Assembly (NCBI GenBank): GCA_046563655.1
Contig: CM102290.1
Span: 12,214,001 to 12,278,000 of the forward strand
Direction: 5' to 3'
Length of the DNA stretch: 64,000 nt
Source: Yuukianura sp. NJ FZ-2021
Taxonomy: Eukaryota
Below the pieces are notes generated by a model. That model was not told where the DNA came from and did not search any database. It saw nothing but the letters and a program-made list of their open reading frames with translations. This document shows positions 39,341-53,204 of this stretch, piece by piece. The translations under genes and the position numbers were made by a program. Numbering within the stretch: the stretch's first letter is position 1; every line of letters starts with the position of its first letter.

Positions 39341-40042
39341 TATGTACCACGGCAGCAAATACCGTATTAAGGGTGTACGGTAGTTCCTACTGACCTTGAC
39401 CTTAAGTGCCCCTATCTCTTGTCTAAAAGTTTTATTAGTAATACCAGTGTTCATTTCTTTTCATTGTAAGGTTTGTTGATTTTCTTTATTTGAGTTTGCG
39501 CGTCATGTCATACGAAAAGCAGTGTGTGAGTTTGCGCAATAAATTTGAAAGTGGAACGACAACAGAACACTATTTCTGATTCATTTGTAAAAGTTTAAGT
39601 TACAGTTTCCAGTTCCTTTGTCGTTAAATTCTAACTGTACAAAACTCGTAAGCGAGAAAAACGAGAAGTTTTGCCATGTAGGGCGCATGGAGAAGTTGAA
39701 GCAATTCCTCAAAGTGTGCAAATTGTAACTTGCAAAGCGAGAAAAAACAGATTCCCGGACCTTGCACAAGACAGATTTGATTCCATCCAAGTACCGAAGT
39801 CCATGGCGTGAATGTTTACACTTTGGAGGTTAGCGTTATTCTCAGAATGTTCTCAAGGTTAAACCAGAAAAAAAAAATGAGTCGAACTGTTTTGTGTGTT
39901 ATATCTTCTGTTAGTTTCAGATTAGTTTCAGTTTCAGACGCGTTGGTCTAGAAGATCCAGTTTTCAGTTTGTAACTGAAGAAGTTAACTACTTAAGTACG
40001 TTATTATTAAGTACAAATAAGTAAATTATTAAGTAGGACAAA

Positions 40043-41062
40043 ATGGCGTGTACAAAGTGCTCTGACCTAAGGAAATCCATTGGGAAGACAGAGGTCGTGA
40101 GTGGCGGTGGGGCGTACCCTTCAACATTGGAATTGGCTTATATGGTCAATCTAGAATACTACGCAGAAATCAACATTTCCTGTGTACACAAAATTCCAGA
40201 AAATAGCAAAGCCAATATTTCAATCAAAGAAATGGTGAAGTTTATTGATGATGCGAAATGGGAACTGGGAACAAGGACAAGCTACAAAGGTTAAACATTC
40301 GTTTACTTTAGACAAACTTTTTCCTGCGAATGCACATTGCATGACTAACCTAAACTTTAACTACTAATTAATTGTCAATTACTACTACATTTAGGATTCA
40401 AGTCCTCAACATTCATCAATCGTCCAAAGAAGCAAGTCGTAATTGTGCACCGTGGAACCGAGAATTGGTCACAGGTCAAGACGGACATTATGCTTGCCCT
40501 TGAAGTTGTTTCAAAGGAAGATATTGAAAAGGCAGATTGGCACATTACGCAAACCTTGCTCAACAATTGTCTCAAAGAAGAACGGGGGAAATTTGTTCGT
40601 AATGATTTTTCAGTGACCGTGACTGGGCACAGTTTAGGCGGATGGCTGTCCCAAGTATGTACGTTGCTAAGGAAATATCCAACGTATTTCCGTGGATACC
40701 CAAGGGGTAAATGGTCTTTTGGCAACGGAATGTCAGTTGACCTGGATCAACCCTATGACCTCCACTGCGTAGCCTTTGATAGTCCAGGAGCCAAAAGCAT
40801 TTTGAGGCAACTGGATTTGTCCTCCAAAGTTGCCTGTTGGTTACAAGGGCGTAAGCGGGAAATTGAAGATGCTTTGGGCAGTTTGGACGTCACAAACTAC
40901 TTGTCGAATCGAAATGTTGTCAACTGTTGTGGAGACCATATTGGAACTGTGAAGAGAATGGATGTAATGGAAAATGAATGGTTCTGGAACAAAATGAATC
41001 CAATTGCATCACACAGCATGGAAAGAATTTTGGCTTACTTGAAACTCCATCAAAATTTCTAG
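40043..41062 (+). CDS. Class 3 lipase-like alpha/beta hydrolase, about 304 aa, two exons (40043-40289, 40395-41062)
   Basis: VVIVHRGT oxyanion motif, TGHSLGG nucleophile elbow, FDSPG and a C-terminal HS. A GT-AG phase-1 intron joins the two ORFs in frame. Confidence 0.85.
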
Positions 41063-41409
41063 AAACTTCAAAAAACTTCAAGAAAAAACTTAAACTTCAG
41101 CAAATCTGAAATACATTGTCCATAAAAAATTAAATCTATTAAATAGTTTTATTGGGTGTGAAAAGGTAAAGTACGTTGAGCTTAAAACTATAAAGTCAAG
41201 ATTTATATTTAATTATAATATTATAATATTTAGATAGTAAGAATAAGGATGTGGACTGACTCCTGAAAAAATATAACAATATCTATTTTCGAATATACAC
41301 GTAAATAATACAATTAAAATTCTTCAGGGTAAACAATAGTATTTTGGTTTTAAAACAACTTACAGTGTTTATAATTTAAAAAATCACAAATTTTTCATGT
41401 ACCACATGA

Positions 41410-44400
41410 CTATCGTCTTTTCCTCAAACATTTTCTCGTCGTCACTGTCACTTCCTCAATAACTTTAATATTCGAGGGTCCCGAGGACGACGACGAAGAC
41501 ACTTCACTGTCACTGTCACTGTCGCTTTCTAGCGGTTCAGTTCTCCTAGCACTTCTAGTTCTGGAGGGCTCTGGAGGTGGTTTAGGAGGCGACATTTTAG
41601 GTTTTCGGTCTAATGACCTCAGCCCTCTGGCTACCGGTCTATCAGGATCCACTGGAGTAATGGAATTCCTAGTCACTACACCACTTCTTGTCTTGGCCAA
41701 CACAGGACTCGACTCTTCTTCAGAAGTCGTAGGGTCAGGGTCACTTGAACTTGAAGAGTAATTGTTCTGGTCATGATTGACCTGTGGAACGAACTCTTCT
41801 CCTTCAACTTCTGAGTCGGCGCTCTTCTCTTCCGGTTCTGGCTCGGATGACGAGGAAGAAGACGACGTTATACTGGACTCACTATCACTATCTTCCATGT
41901 CGTCATCCACATCTAACCCTCTAGTTCTGCTCACATCCATTTCCACATCAGAGTCTGAGTCGACGACGTCACCACCGGATCGATATGTCGTAAAACTTGC
42001 TGGAATAATGAGTGGTAGTGGCATGGCGGTAACATTCGTCACCACACTATTTTTCTTGCAGTTGTTGTTGCATATGACGCTGTTGCTGCAGTTACAGGAA
42101 CTGGATTCTGGACAAGGCATTTTGGAAGGAGAGGGAAGCTTTGGAGGTGACGGTGGAATAGCGACTGGTCCATTGGCTGTGTGCATTCCTGTTTGTAGAT
42201 CATACCCGACACTCTGGAACACTTTTCTGGATTTCTTGAACAGGGCGACTCCAAAAGTTCGTATTCTGAGCCCAGTTTTGTAGTAGATGGTGTCTTTGGT
42301 GTTGTAGAGGAGGCAGTTGGCTATCATGAGACTAAAATCACTCTCCAGGTCATCCAGACCAGCGTACCTCCTCTGCTCCACTTTCTCTCGCATTGTACTG
42401 AGGTCCATTGGTTCCTTAATTTTGGCCAAGTAATCAGTAACTTCTTCCACGTCGACCGGTTCGTGAAATATTTCACGTGAGTCTCGCGAACTTATTTCGG
42501 ATAAAATGTTCAAGAAGAAGGCTCTCAATGGGAACAGCTTCATTTCGGATAGCTTAACTTTCCTGAAAAGCCATATAATAATTGAGGGTTCAATAACTAC
42601 ACAACAACAACATACAACAACAAAAACATCCAACAAATCAGTTTGTAATACAGGGTTACTCACGTGTAAATTAGCTCTCTTTTCAGCTTTTCACGTTTCC
42701 GGATCATTTCACATAAGAGACGAGCACGTTCCAAGTCTTGGCGAAGCCGAACCCAGGACTTGTAATGGTCTAGTTGCTCTTGTTGCTAAAAGTTTATGAA
42801 TTCAATTAGTAATGTAGTAAAATTTGGTTAATTAATTTAATCTAATTAGTAATTGTTTTTCTCAAGCATTAATCCAACAAAATACTTCAATAATTACCTC
42901 GAGCCGCGTCTTCGGCAAAGTTTCACTCGGTTTGGCATTGGGGGCAGACGAAGCCATTTGCAAACGACGTAACAGCGGGACGCCATTCCTTAGTTGTCTG
43001 TCACAAACAATAAGATTATGTTTGGGAAACAAAATTTATATTAGGTTATATGAAAGTTATATTAGGAACACAATACAAGAAAAGCATAATTTTAACATGA
43101 TAAGTTCTAGAAATAGTTGACAATGGAAATAGATATTCAAAACTACGTCTCACCGCTTCAGTTTCCAGTAGGCCATGAGCCTCTTCATAAAGGTTGGTTT
43201 ACCAGGAAAGTTTACGCTATTTGAAATTGCTGTTATCCTATTCTTGGGAATGGTTGGAATCAACACAGCAGGAATGGCATCTCGCTTCTCAGCTAAAATC
43301 TTTCGCGTTTGCTTCATCTTCATCCTCGGAGAAGCAACTTCGACACCGTCCTTCATTTGCTAAAAGTACAATTTTAAATTACATTTTTCAGCCATAGAAT
43401 GAATACTTCTGATTATAAATGAATGAATCCTGCAATATTCTTTGCTGGCTAACCTTTTCCAGCAGCATGTCTGGCGGTGCATGGTTGTTGCAGTATGCCG
43501 TTTTCTTGATGATCACAGACGTCATGTGCATTTCTCGAACAGTTTCCATTTTCATCACAAGATTAGCTTGCTGGGCACAAGTCACATGGAACGCTTGAAA
43601 GAGAACAATTCAAATGTAAAATACATGTGTAAGTAGTTATAAGTTATTCCATGTATAAGTAGAATCGTATTACCTGTGTAACAGCTCGATTTGTAGCACT
43701 GGATACATGCACCAATTCCTTTTTGCTTACAGATAAAACAAGTAAGTCTCCACCGGGCGGCCGGAATGTTAGAAATACTTTCGATCGGCTCCAGAAAAAC
43801 CTGGAAATTCAAACAAAAACTCAATCAGACAAACTTGGTTCCTGGTTACTGTCCATCGAAGTCCATTTAAGAGAAGATTAACTGATTATCCAAACAAAGT
43901 GTAGAAATTACCGTATTGGCAAAACAAACTTCTGGAATCCATATGGCACAGGCGACATGCGCCCACCGTCCATCGTCTGTCCCCTTCAGAGCACCACCTT
44001 TGTTTGGACACAGGACACACTCCACTGCTCGTGATGGAGAGTGCAGACACTTCCGACAAAGCCATTGTCCTTCCGGGATATACGGCACTCCATAACAATC
44101 CTGGTGCACAGCAAGGTTACACATGTCGCAAAACAAAATGGCGTTACTGTTCTGACACTCTCCATCCATGCAAATACAGCACACTGCGTCATCGTCAATC
44201 GGAGGGCCGTGGTCCATTCCAGTACTTTGCATCTGAAAACATCAAACTCTGTTAAAAACGATAAATTCATTTACTAATTGAAAAAAACTCCGACATACCT
44301 GAAAATACGACTCCTTTTCTAGCCGATCCATCATGAATTCCATGTCTCGACGTTTGACAAACACAAGACCATGCTTTTTGCGGCGGTTGTTTGTAAGTTG

Positions 44401-45302
44401 TAACCACTGGACATCCTCCTCCTCCAGATCATATTCAACCTCATCGGATATTTCTTCTTGCGGAGCTTCAACGTAGCGAATATACGCATTTGGCCGATCG
44501 TATAATGGCGTCTCCTCTTCCTCTTCTAAAACGTTGAAGCTGGGTTCCGGCAGCGGAACTTGGGTGGAGACCGAGGTGGAGTCTTTCAGAGGTGAACCTA
44601 TGGACGGTGTTTGAACTTTGACTTTTCCATTTTTCTTGCCCTTCACCTTCAGCTTGTCGGTTTTTCCACGAGGTTTTCGTGATACACTGGCAGAAGGACT
44701 GCTGATCATTGGCGACTCCTCGGGAGCCGTAAAACTTGAGTCCATGAAATCATCCGCGGCCAAACTTTCCTTCTAATGAAATCAAAACAAGTTTTCTTGC
44801 TCAAAGATCAAAATCCAATAGAAATGTCTAGTTGAAACCGGTAGGTACAAAATTAGCGAACGACGACGGATGAAATCGTTTACATACCTCGACCAAGTCC
44901 AGCCGTTCTGTCACTCCAAGTCGTTCCACTGTTCCGGCAATTTCAAATTCGACGACTCTAGCAGCAATTGATGGCAGGGGTGGAGGAAACGGATCCTCCG
45001 GAGCAGTTTTCAGCAGTCTGTACTTCTGACTCGATTTCCTTGGCGTGCCTTTGAACCATTTGAGCCCTTTGTCAGTTTTGTTATTCGCCTTGGCCTTCCT
45101 TTTATCTAAACAATCATCAAAGATTTGTTACACAATGATCATGATCAACACAACACAAGCATAATCATGCAACACATCTTCAAATGCAAATGGTAAACCA
45201 CCACGTAAAACATCGTCACTTACGAGGACTGGGCACATGGGTTGGCTGACCGGATGGAATTGGTAGGGACTTGGGGATCAAGACGTTCGACACTTTCTTC
45301 AT
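41410..45302 (-). CDS. BRPF1: BRPF/peregrin (Br140)-like chromatin scaffold: EPL, PHD-Zn knuckle-PHD, bromodomain; no PWWP
   Basis: VEYDLEEED...[11 protein letters not shown] (EPL), [50 protein letters not shown] (PHD1) and the bromodomain IFHEPVD...[10 protein letters not shown]...NCLLYN. The start ATG at 45302 is inferred. Confidence 0.9.
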
Positions 45303-47495
45303 CTTCTTCTGCTTCGGAGTGACGTCTACAAAACGATCAAAAAGCCGAAATGTAAATCCAAGATGTAACTCTCTTATCTGTCAAATTTCAAGTCATCTGT
45401 TCACAGTTACCGTTATGTTGTTTACAAAACAAAGGGTTGCACGGCGGTGCACGTCACCAAAACGTTTCCGTTTCTTACAAAACCGTCTTACCCGAATTCG
45501 TTGCTGTTGCCAACCTGGTCATTTGATAGTAATTATGTAACTGACGTCTCCAACAAACTAATCGGTTTTCTTCACAATCCAATCGACAAGTTCCGTTTGA
45601 AGCAGGATGGCCTTATGAGTAATATCATCTCCAAAGGACAATCCTGTAAGGAGTGAGTACAGTTGAGTTAATTAGTTTATAATAAAACTGGATGTTAAAT
45701 CTGAATTAGTATTCAACTTTTGATCCAGAAGGGAGGGAAAATGCTTGGCTACCATTGGGTTTATTTTGAATAGAAAAAAAAAACAACAGTTTCCTCTGCC
45801 TCTCCTTTAGTATAGCAATCGGCATTTGGGGTTTTCGAATTTACCATGCTATTCTTGAATTTGTAACAGCCAGAGGCAAACAAAGGATCTTTTATATACC
45901 AAATCCACCATAAATATTTTTAAATTAAACTAATTCAATTAAATTTAATTCATCAAACACGAATTATTTATAATACCTAAACAAACTAACATTTTTAACT
46001 GCAAACGACCCTTCTCCCCGAGAAAAAAAAAACCTAAATCTGCGATCTCTTTTTACTAAAACTCAAAATCTAGCGTCTCTAAATTTATCTGATGCTGACT
46101 ATGGAGAAACTAATTTCTAAACATTCGTAATGATCTTAAATTTATCCGAAATTTTCCACTGACTACAGCATCTTTAAGCCCATAATTGAATAAAGTGGTG
46201 CTCTCGTAAGCTGTCAATACTTATGTTGCAGGCATGAAGGAAGCAAAGTAAGCGGTTGAGCGAGCGCATGGAGCAACTCCTGGGTCCCCCTTTGAGTCAT
46301 CTTCATCGTCGGATGGAGTTGAGCATTGGGATTACGAACCACTTTATGGCAATGAACTACCCGAGGAAGATGCTCTAGAGATGAGAATCCAGACAAAGTT
46401 GAAGATCATTTGAACAATAGGACACTTTAGAGACACGAGAAGATGAGGTGACAGAGATCACATTACATTACGGAAGAATTTGCTACAAAAGATTTCAACG
46501 AACGGCATAGAAAGCTAGTATGGTCTACAATCAACTTGTTCTAGCGATTTAGTCCAATTCAAGCATCAAACACAATCGACTGATCGCACCGCACGAGACA
46601 TGATGACACTGCTAGTGCAGCAGTAGCGTAGGGCCGGATTTAAGAATTTCCAAGAGTCCGATCACACAAATGCAGCAGAACAAGCTGGTCGCTCGACAGC
46701 GTCATGGTGACGTAAACAGTTCCGTGTATCTCGATTTCGCTGTTAATCAGGAACAGGATTCAAATGAATTAATGGACATTACTAAATAACACCGTAATCA
46801 ATCAGTGGGATTAGCAATCGTAATGTTCGGTTGAAATGAATTTGCGGTTATTATAGAAAGCACAGGACGTGCATCCCTGTTGCAGTAATTTGAACTCCGA
46901 CCTGTGAATATTTGGAGTAAAAGTTAGCTCAAGAGCAACAATTTCCAACAGTATTAATAGAGTAATTACCGGCTAAAAAGTAAAATCGAAATCCCTTAAT
47001 ATTATTTCATTTGAAAATGAAGTAACAACATTATACTTATACTTATTTAGTAAGTAGTAATAGAAACCTGGACTAATACCGAAAGAATCAGCAGAGGATA
47101 ATTTACAATACGCTAACTTGGCTAAATCAGGTAGTGCTAAACGCCAAACGAAACTCCGTGTGGAGCATACTCTGCCAGTCTGCCTGCGTAGTACTAGTTT
47201 GAAATAAAAACTATTCTTTTTGTAGTTATTGCGTAGACTATCTAGACCCTACAAGTATGATGCTGGAAGTATCTTAGGCTAACAACAGTTTTAGCAGCCC
47301 CTGAGATCATACTTAACATAAGGCTTCGGGAAGGATGTGTCAGTTATATATTGTTGCAGAAACTAACTGCGGAACGTAAATCACATTTAGAATGAGCAAT
47401 TATCCGTTTGTTTTGTGATTAGTAACAACATTACTTCAACGGTAGAACAGCAACAGCACCAGTCAGTCAGGTCAGCACAATGAAGGAACCGTAGT

Positions 47496-47976
47496 CTACT
47501 CTTGCCGAGCCTTTATCTTCTTCGACGACCTCTCTTTGACACCATCACCCCTGTTTGGCTTAATGCCTTGACCTTGAGCTTTTTCTTTAGCCGCAGCACT
47601 TGGTAAGTCCGTTTCACTGGCTTGTCCCAACAACTCCCGAACCAGCTTGAATCTCGAAAGGAAGCACTTCCAAACGATAAACCAACCTGATGAATAAACA
47701 AAACGACCAAATAAATGTTAGTTCTTCGTGATTCCTTACATTAACCCCATCGTCATTGCATTAACTTCTTACTTCATAAAATACCGAGAATCTACTTTTA
47801 CCTTGAAAGTAGGAGCACGTTAATTTTCCATTTACGAAATGAACAGAAATACCACATTACGAATTGCAGCAATTGAATGACTTCAGTTTAAGATCCTTAC
47901 CGATTGAGACGAATGTAAGAACAACCAGAATGCTAATGATAACAGACGTGAAGGTCAGCAGAAAACCGTTGAGCAT
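47496..47976 (-). CDS. SMIM13: Small integral membrane protein 13, 88 aa, two coding exons (47901-47976, 47496-47686)
   Basis: Spliced product MLNGFLLTFTSVIISILVVLTFVSIGWFIVWKCFLSRFKLVRELLG... carries the SMIM13 motif GW..VW..FLS.FK..REL.G. Canonical GT-AG intron. Confidence 0.88.
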
Positions 47977-49399
47977 CTTCGTCTTCGAATTAGTTACAAT
48001 TTCTAATTTAAAAGCAAAACAGAGTTTACGTTGCTTGACTTCGTAGAATATTCCAATCCAGCATGACGGGAATTGCGTTGTCGTTGTGTTATGTATTGAT
48101 TTCGTTGAAAGAGCAACTACAACCAACTAATCTAACTACTCACTGTCAATGTTTACTACTGCAATTCCAATTCAATTTAAAACGAATGAAATGACCCCAG
48201 AATATGAATGACTTCTCTATCATTATCATCACCTGTTTTGAATTTCTTTGTGTTTTTGTACAGCTCCTGTGTTGAATTCCCTCGGAAAAAAAATACGGCA
48301 CAAACTCAACACTCAAAACGCACTGGCAATTCTAATTTCGCTGAAAGTGATCAGCTAACTGTTATTTAGCGAAGTTATTTAAAATTTCGTTGTTTTCGGT
48401 AAAAAAAATGCTTTGATTTTTAATAAAACGTTTTCTGAAGTGAATTGTAACTTGTTTCCTGCTACAAAAGCAAATAAGTAGTACCTGGTTTGTTAACAGA
48501 ATACATTTTTTGACATAAAACAAAGTTTCCAGAAATTCAAGAATATTATTATGCTAAAGGTTTATCATTTGCTCAAATATTTTTAACATCTTTTTATTTT
48601 AGTAATACGTTATTATCGTCAGACTTTTAATTAGCGCTGCGATAGAAATGCATTTAAAGGAATTAATATGTTTAGAGTAAACCATTAGTATTGCAGCATG
48701 TAGAAAATTTATGTTTTGCCAGTCGTCATTTCGCAATATCATCTTTGTACCGTTTGCCATTTGGCATTCTAATAGAGCAGTTACAACTTTGTACTAATTT
48801 AATCGGATTCAGACGTCTCATCTCTATTGATACTACTCTCAATGCTCTCCTGCATTGACATAAGTGTTGATTTGGCCGTAATTAACATTTCGATGGAAAT
48901 CTTCTTTCTTATTTAGTGGAATCCAGTTCGAAAGGAAGTCAAAAATTCAAAGTTTACTAATTTTGCCTGGATTTAATTTACGCCCATCGTATCAAGTAGT
49001 CTTCGTATATTATCGTTATCCACAAAGGTTAGTAACATTACATACGACAATTAACGACTTCCAAAAAGACGTATTTTGCTTGTAAAAACACGGAGTTGAC
49101 TTTGCATCTTTTTTTTTTGAGGACGTCGTATGTGTTTGGAATTGAAAACTTTGTCAATCGACCTTCGCGGGACGAACACGGGCGAGGAGCAATAACAGAT
49201 TTGTCGATTTGCGGTTCTACCGGAATACCCCATCCCTATCCGTTCCGGTTACTACTATCGTAAGAACTTCAAATTGCAACACCTCATTCAAATATTTGCA
49301 CTGAAAAACATGGTTGCATTAGTTCTAAAGTTGGACTTTCTTTAGCTTACGTTTGGCTGACTTTGTAAAGGTACCTGGGTGCTAGCTGGCCATCTTAGA

Positions 49400-50323
49400 A
49401 TGTTACGACAACCTGGTAGCTCCAGTTCGGGATCAGTCCGTGCAGGACCAGGAAGTTCTCATGGTATTTCTCAATCTATTCTTCCGCCGCCTCCTGTTGG
49501 TCCTGCTCCTATACGGACCGCTAAAGTGCGAAATCCGAATGACTGTGAAATCATTGTAATGTCTAAAGCTCAACAGTAAGTTTCATATTTTTAACATACA
49601 ACCCATGTGTATGGAAATGCCGAACTTGCTTTATTTCGTTTCAGACGTTACGCTGAACATGTGGAGCGGTCTTTTCGTGACATCGGGCTAAAAGTAGATC
49701 TGATGTTCCCGAAGCCTGATATTTCAGTTCAAACTTTTATTACACACATCACTGCAACTGGAGCGTCTTTTGCTGTTGTCATTCGGCCGGACAATGAAAC
49801 CCATCAAAGCCTTAGCATCCATGTCCTGAAGCCAAAAATCGAAGGTATTGTCCTATTTGTACTGGTTATTATAGGTTATTTATTGCTCTGCATAATTATA
49901 ACTTCACTTTGCAGAACATCGCAACATGCCCCTCAAGACTGCCGTAATGTTCATCAAAGACAGACACTTGATGATCAAACAGTCCGAATTTACAACAGTG
50001 TCCCCAGAGTTTCTGGACGGTATCAAGCGCATGACCGAAACCCATTACCTGAGCGATGCGGACTACTTATTTTTGAGCAAATACATTCAGGAGCGCTGGG
50101 ACACGCAAAGACTGATTGAGCATAAAGTGGACTTCGATCCAGGTAACTTGTTTCCGAATGACTATAGTGCAGAAAACGTAGATTTAGTTAAGTGTTTAAA
50201 AATCTTCGCTGCGCTACGGAGATTAACCGGTTCTTTAAATTTTCTTCAGGTCTTGGAATCAACTCAGTTCCGCAGATACAGAAAAAAGTCATGCGAGTGT
50301 TGGCGTTGGAACAAACCGATTAA
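49400..50323 (+). CDS. NCOA5: NCOA5 (nuclear receptor coactivator 5)-like protein, short form; four coding exons
   Basis: NDCEIIV...RYAEHVERSFRDIGLKVDLMF...FAVVIRPDNETHQSLSIHVL...EEHRNMPLKTA is the conserved NCOA5 core. The start codon is uncertain. Confidence 0.78.
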
Positions 50324-51276
50324 ATCGGTAGCCTAGACACAAATTGCCAGATCTTTGTATTTACTTATATTCCAAATTTGCATGTAACATATAAGTTGCT
50401 AAATACTTATAAAATCTACTATAATATAGTATACGAATACTATATTTACGACATATATTGATATTACACTCTTATAATTAGTTGATTTAGTGCTGTCTTA
50501 GGCTCTGTATCCATTATTGGATTTCTGTTTTTCTATAACGGTTGTGAGTGACCGCTAAGGTCATTCCTGGACTTTGACAATCTATGTCTTGTTCCGGACA
50601 GTTTTCAATTTTTCAGACACATTTTGGTAGAACCTTGGATCAGCGATATCATTCAACGTTTGTATTCTAATTACAAATTACACATAGTATTATCTTCTAA
50701 AATATTTCTATGTTGAATTATTTTGGTTTTATGAATTGTTAGATTGGTTAAATTTATATTAGCAATTGAGGTTGAGATTTATTCAGTGCTTTGTTCGTAT
50801 CTCGTCGAGTTGGAAGCTGCGAATTTCAAATGCATGTACTAACAACATATGACATAAGAATAAATCTAACCCTGGACCGTCTAAAGGTCAAAACATAGTG
50901 GGGAAATGAACATATGGAATGGGGGGATACCAATTGTAGCAACACAAAACGATTTACCGGCAAGTTATTTTTGCTTGATTAATAATTTAGATGGCTATAA
51001 TACAAAATTATTCAATTAATATATAATTTAGTGCATAAAATGTTGCATAAAAATTTGGTTGGAGAATGAATGCCCAGCACGATACTATGCTGACGACGGA
51101 TAAAGTGGCTTTTTATGATGTAGAGTTGTACTGCGTTTATTATTTTCATTTTGTCGGTATCCGTATTTAAGTTGAGAACATTCAGCTGTCAATTGTTTTT
51201 TAAGTTCGTTAATTTGTTTATTTCAGACGTTTTTCGACCATACACGTGCCGACGGCTGATTGGGTCAATTAGAAAG

Positions 51277-52785
51277 ATGTCTGCTCCATTCAATGTCACC
51301 ACAATCGATACGGGACATGAGGACATGATTGTAAGTAAAACTACCGGCATAAAAACTTATATATAAACTTATATATATCCGGCATTACGCTCTACCACAT
51401 TGAACGATTACTGAAGAAATTTCACTAAATACTTGCAGCATGATGCCCAAATGGATTTCTTGGGCCTGAAACTGGCAACATGCTCCTGTGATAAATCCAT
51501 CCGGCTCTTCGATTTGAACTGGAGTACTGGAAATCAAACGTTTGTTGCCGAGTTGAAAGGCCACGAGGGACCGGTAAGTATTGCTTTGTTAAGCATTTTA
51601 GACGATGGTCGAACAAGATTATACGTTTCGGGTTTTCTAGGTTTGGCAATTAGCCTGGGCTCATCCAAGATATGGCACTCTCTTGGCTTCTTGCTCGTAC
51701 GATCGTCGTGTTTTGATTTGGAAGGAGACTGATGGACGATGGGAAATTGCTTACAACTATGACGGGCATGATTCATCAGGTACACGATAGTAACTGGCTA
51801 TTCACAATAAGAATTGCATTTACCGTTCTCAATTAACTAGTTATTGTTGATTTGTGCAGTGAACAGCGTTTGCTGGGCTCCTCCAGAATGGGGACTGATG
51901 CTGGCTTGTGGAAGCTCCGATAGTTCCATCACTGTCCTATCTTTCCATAACGATCGATGGGTAGCCAACAAAATTCCGAATGCCCACACCGTAAGAAGAG
52001 TACAATAGTTTGACAAAAGCACACAGTTCATCTATTAATTGGTTGTTCTGTTTGTTTCATTTTAATTTCAGTTGGGATGTAATGCTGTTTCATGGGCTCC
52101 TGCTACATTCACAGGTAATAGTAAATCCGGCGAAGGGCAACCCATCAAGCGATTCGTTTCTGGTGGATGTGATAATTTGGTGAAAATCTGGAAGTAAGTT
52201 GAACTTAATAAGAACAATGATTTTTTTTAAAACTCCTTACCACATTTGACACTATTTCGAACAGAGAAGAAAGTGAGCACTGGATTGAGGAAGTCAAACT
52301 TGAAGGTCATTCTGATTGGGTGCGTGACGTGGCATGGGCTCCGACTGCTGGTCTTGCTAAGATGAAAATTGCATCATCCTCTCAGGTAAATAGTAAACCT
52401 AAACAGTACTTTCATCGTCAGAAAAACGATTCAAAGCATTTGTACATACAGTGTTTCATTTTGTAACACTTTCAGGACCGTCGGGTCATCATATGGAACA
52501 ACCGTTCCAGCGACGGAGTCAATTGGTCACCAGAACCACTCCACGTTTTCGACGACGTTGTTTGGCATGTGAGCTGGAACTTTATCGGTGACATCCTAGC
52601 AGTATCAGGAGGAGATAATCAAGCAAGTTTTGAAATAATTTTCATGGGCTTAATTTCAAATTAGGGTTGAACTTAAATCAATTTGTTTGTATTTATAGGT
52701 GAGCTTGTGGAAGAAACAAGAAAGTGGAAGCTGGGAATGTATTACTACACATTCCAAGTCCCAAAGCGAACATCGTACGTTATAA
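51277..52785 (+). CDS. Sec13: Sec13 WD40 protein (COPII/nucleoporin); multi-exon
   Basis: [88 protein letters not shown]. The last intron is GC-AG. Confidence 0.97.
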
Positions 52786-53204
52786 AAATCTAATTATAAA
52801 GTTAAGCATAATTCCAAGTTCAGATTTACAGTTTTTGAGTCAACCGTTTCCAATTCGTCCCAAATTAGTTTTGAAATTGTACTTTTGCGAGAATTGCTTC
52901 CAAATAGGATACTGAAATGGGATCAGCGTGGTTTTAGTAGTTAAGTCACAGTGTATACAAGTAAATTCGAAGTGTTAATTGATTATTTCCTTTTGAACGT
53001 CGTCTATAAATCGTATGGGAAGTGTATCCGTAAGTGCCTCACTCCACATTATCGATTTTTTTCAAATAATTTGTTCTCTGTACTCATTCTGTTTCCGAAC
53101 TGCTGCTTATAGCGAGCTGAGCTGAAAATCTTTTCTACTCTTTTTTTAACTTTACAGAAAAACTCAATTACTAATTTATTTTAGCTGTTTAGTGTTAGCT
53201 AGTG

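Noticed and set aside
45540..47490. Two kilobases without a gene; looked for tRNA, snoRNA or a small CDS
   Set aside because: No convincing cloverleaf, box C/D pair or spliced ORF. It is most simply the SMIM13 3' UTR plus the BRPF promoter.
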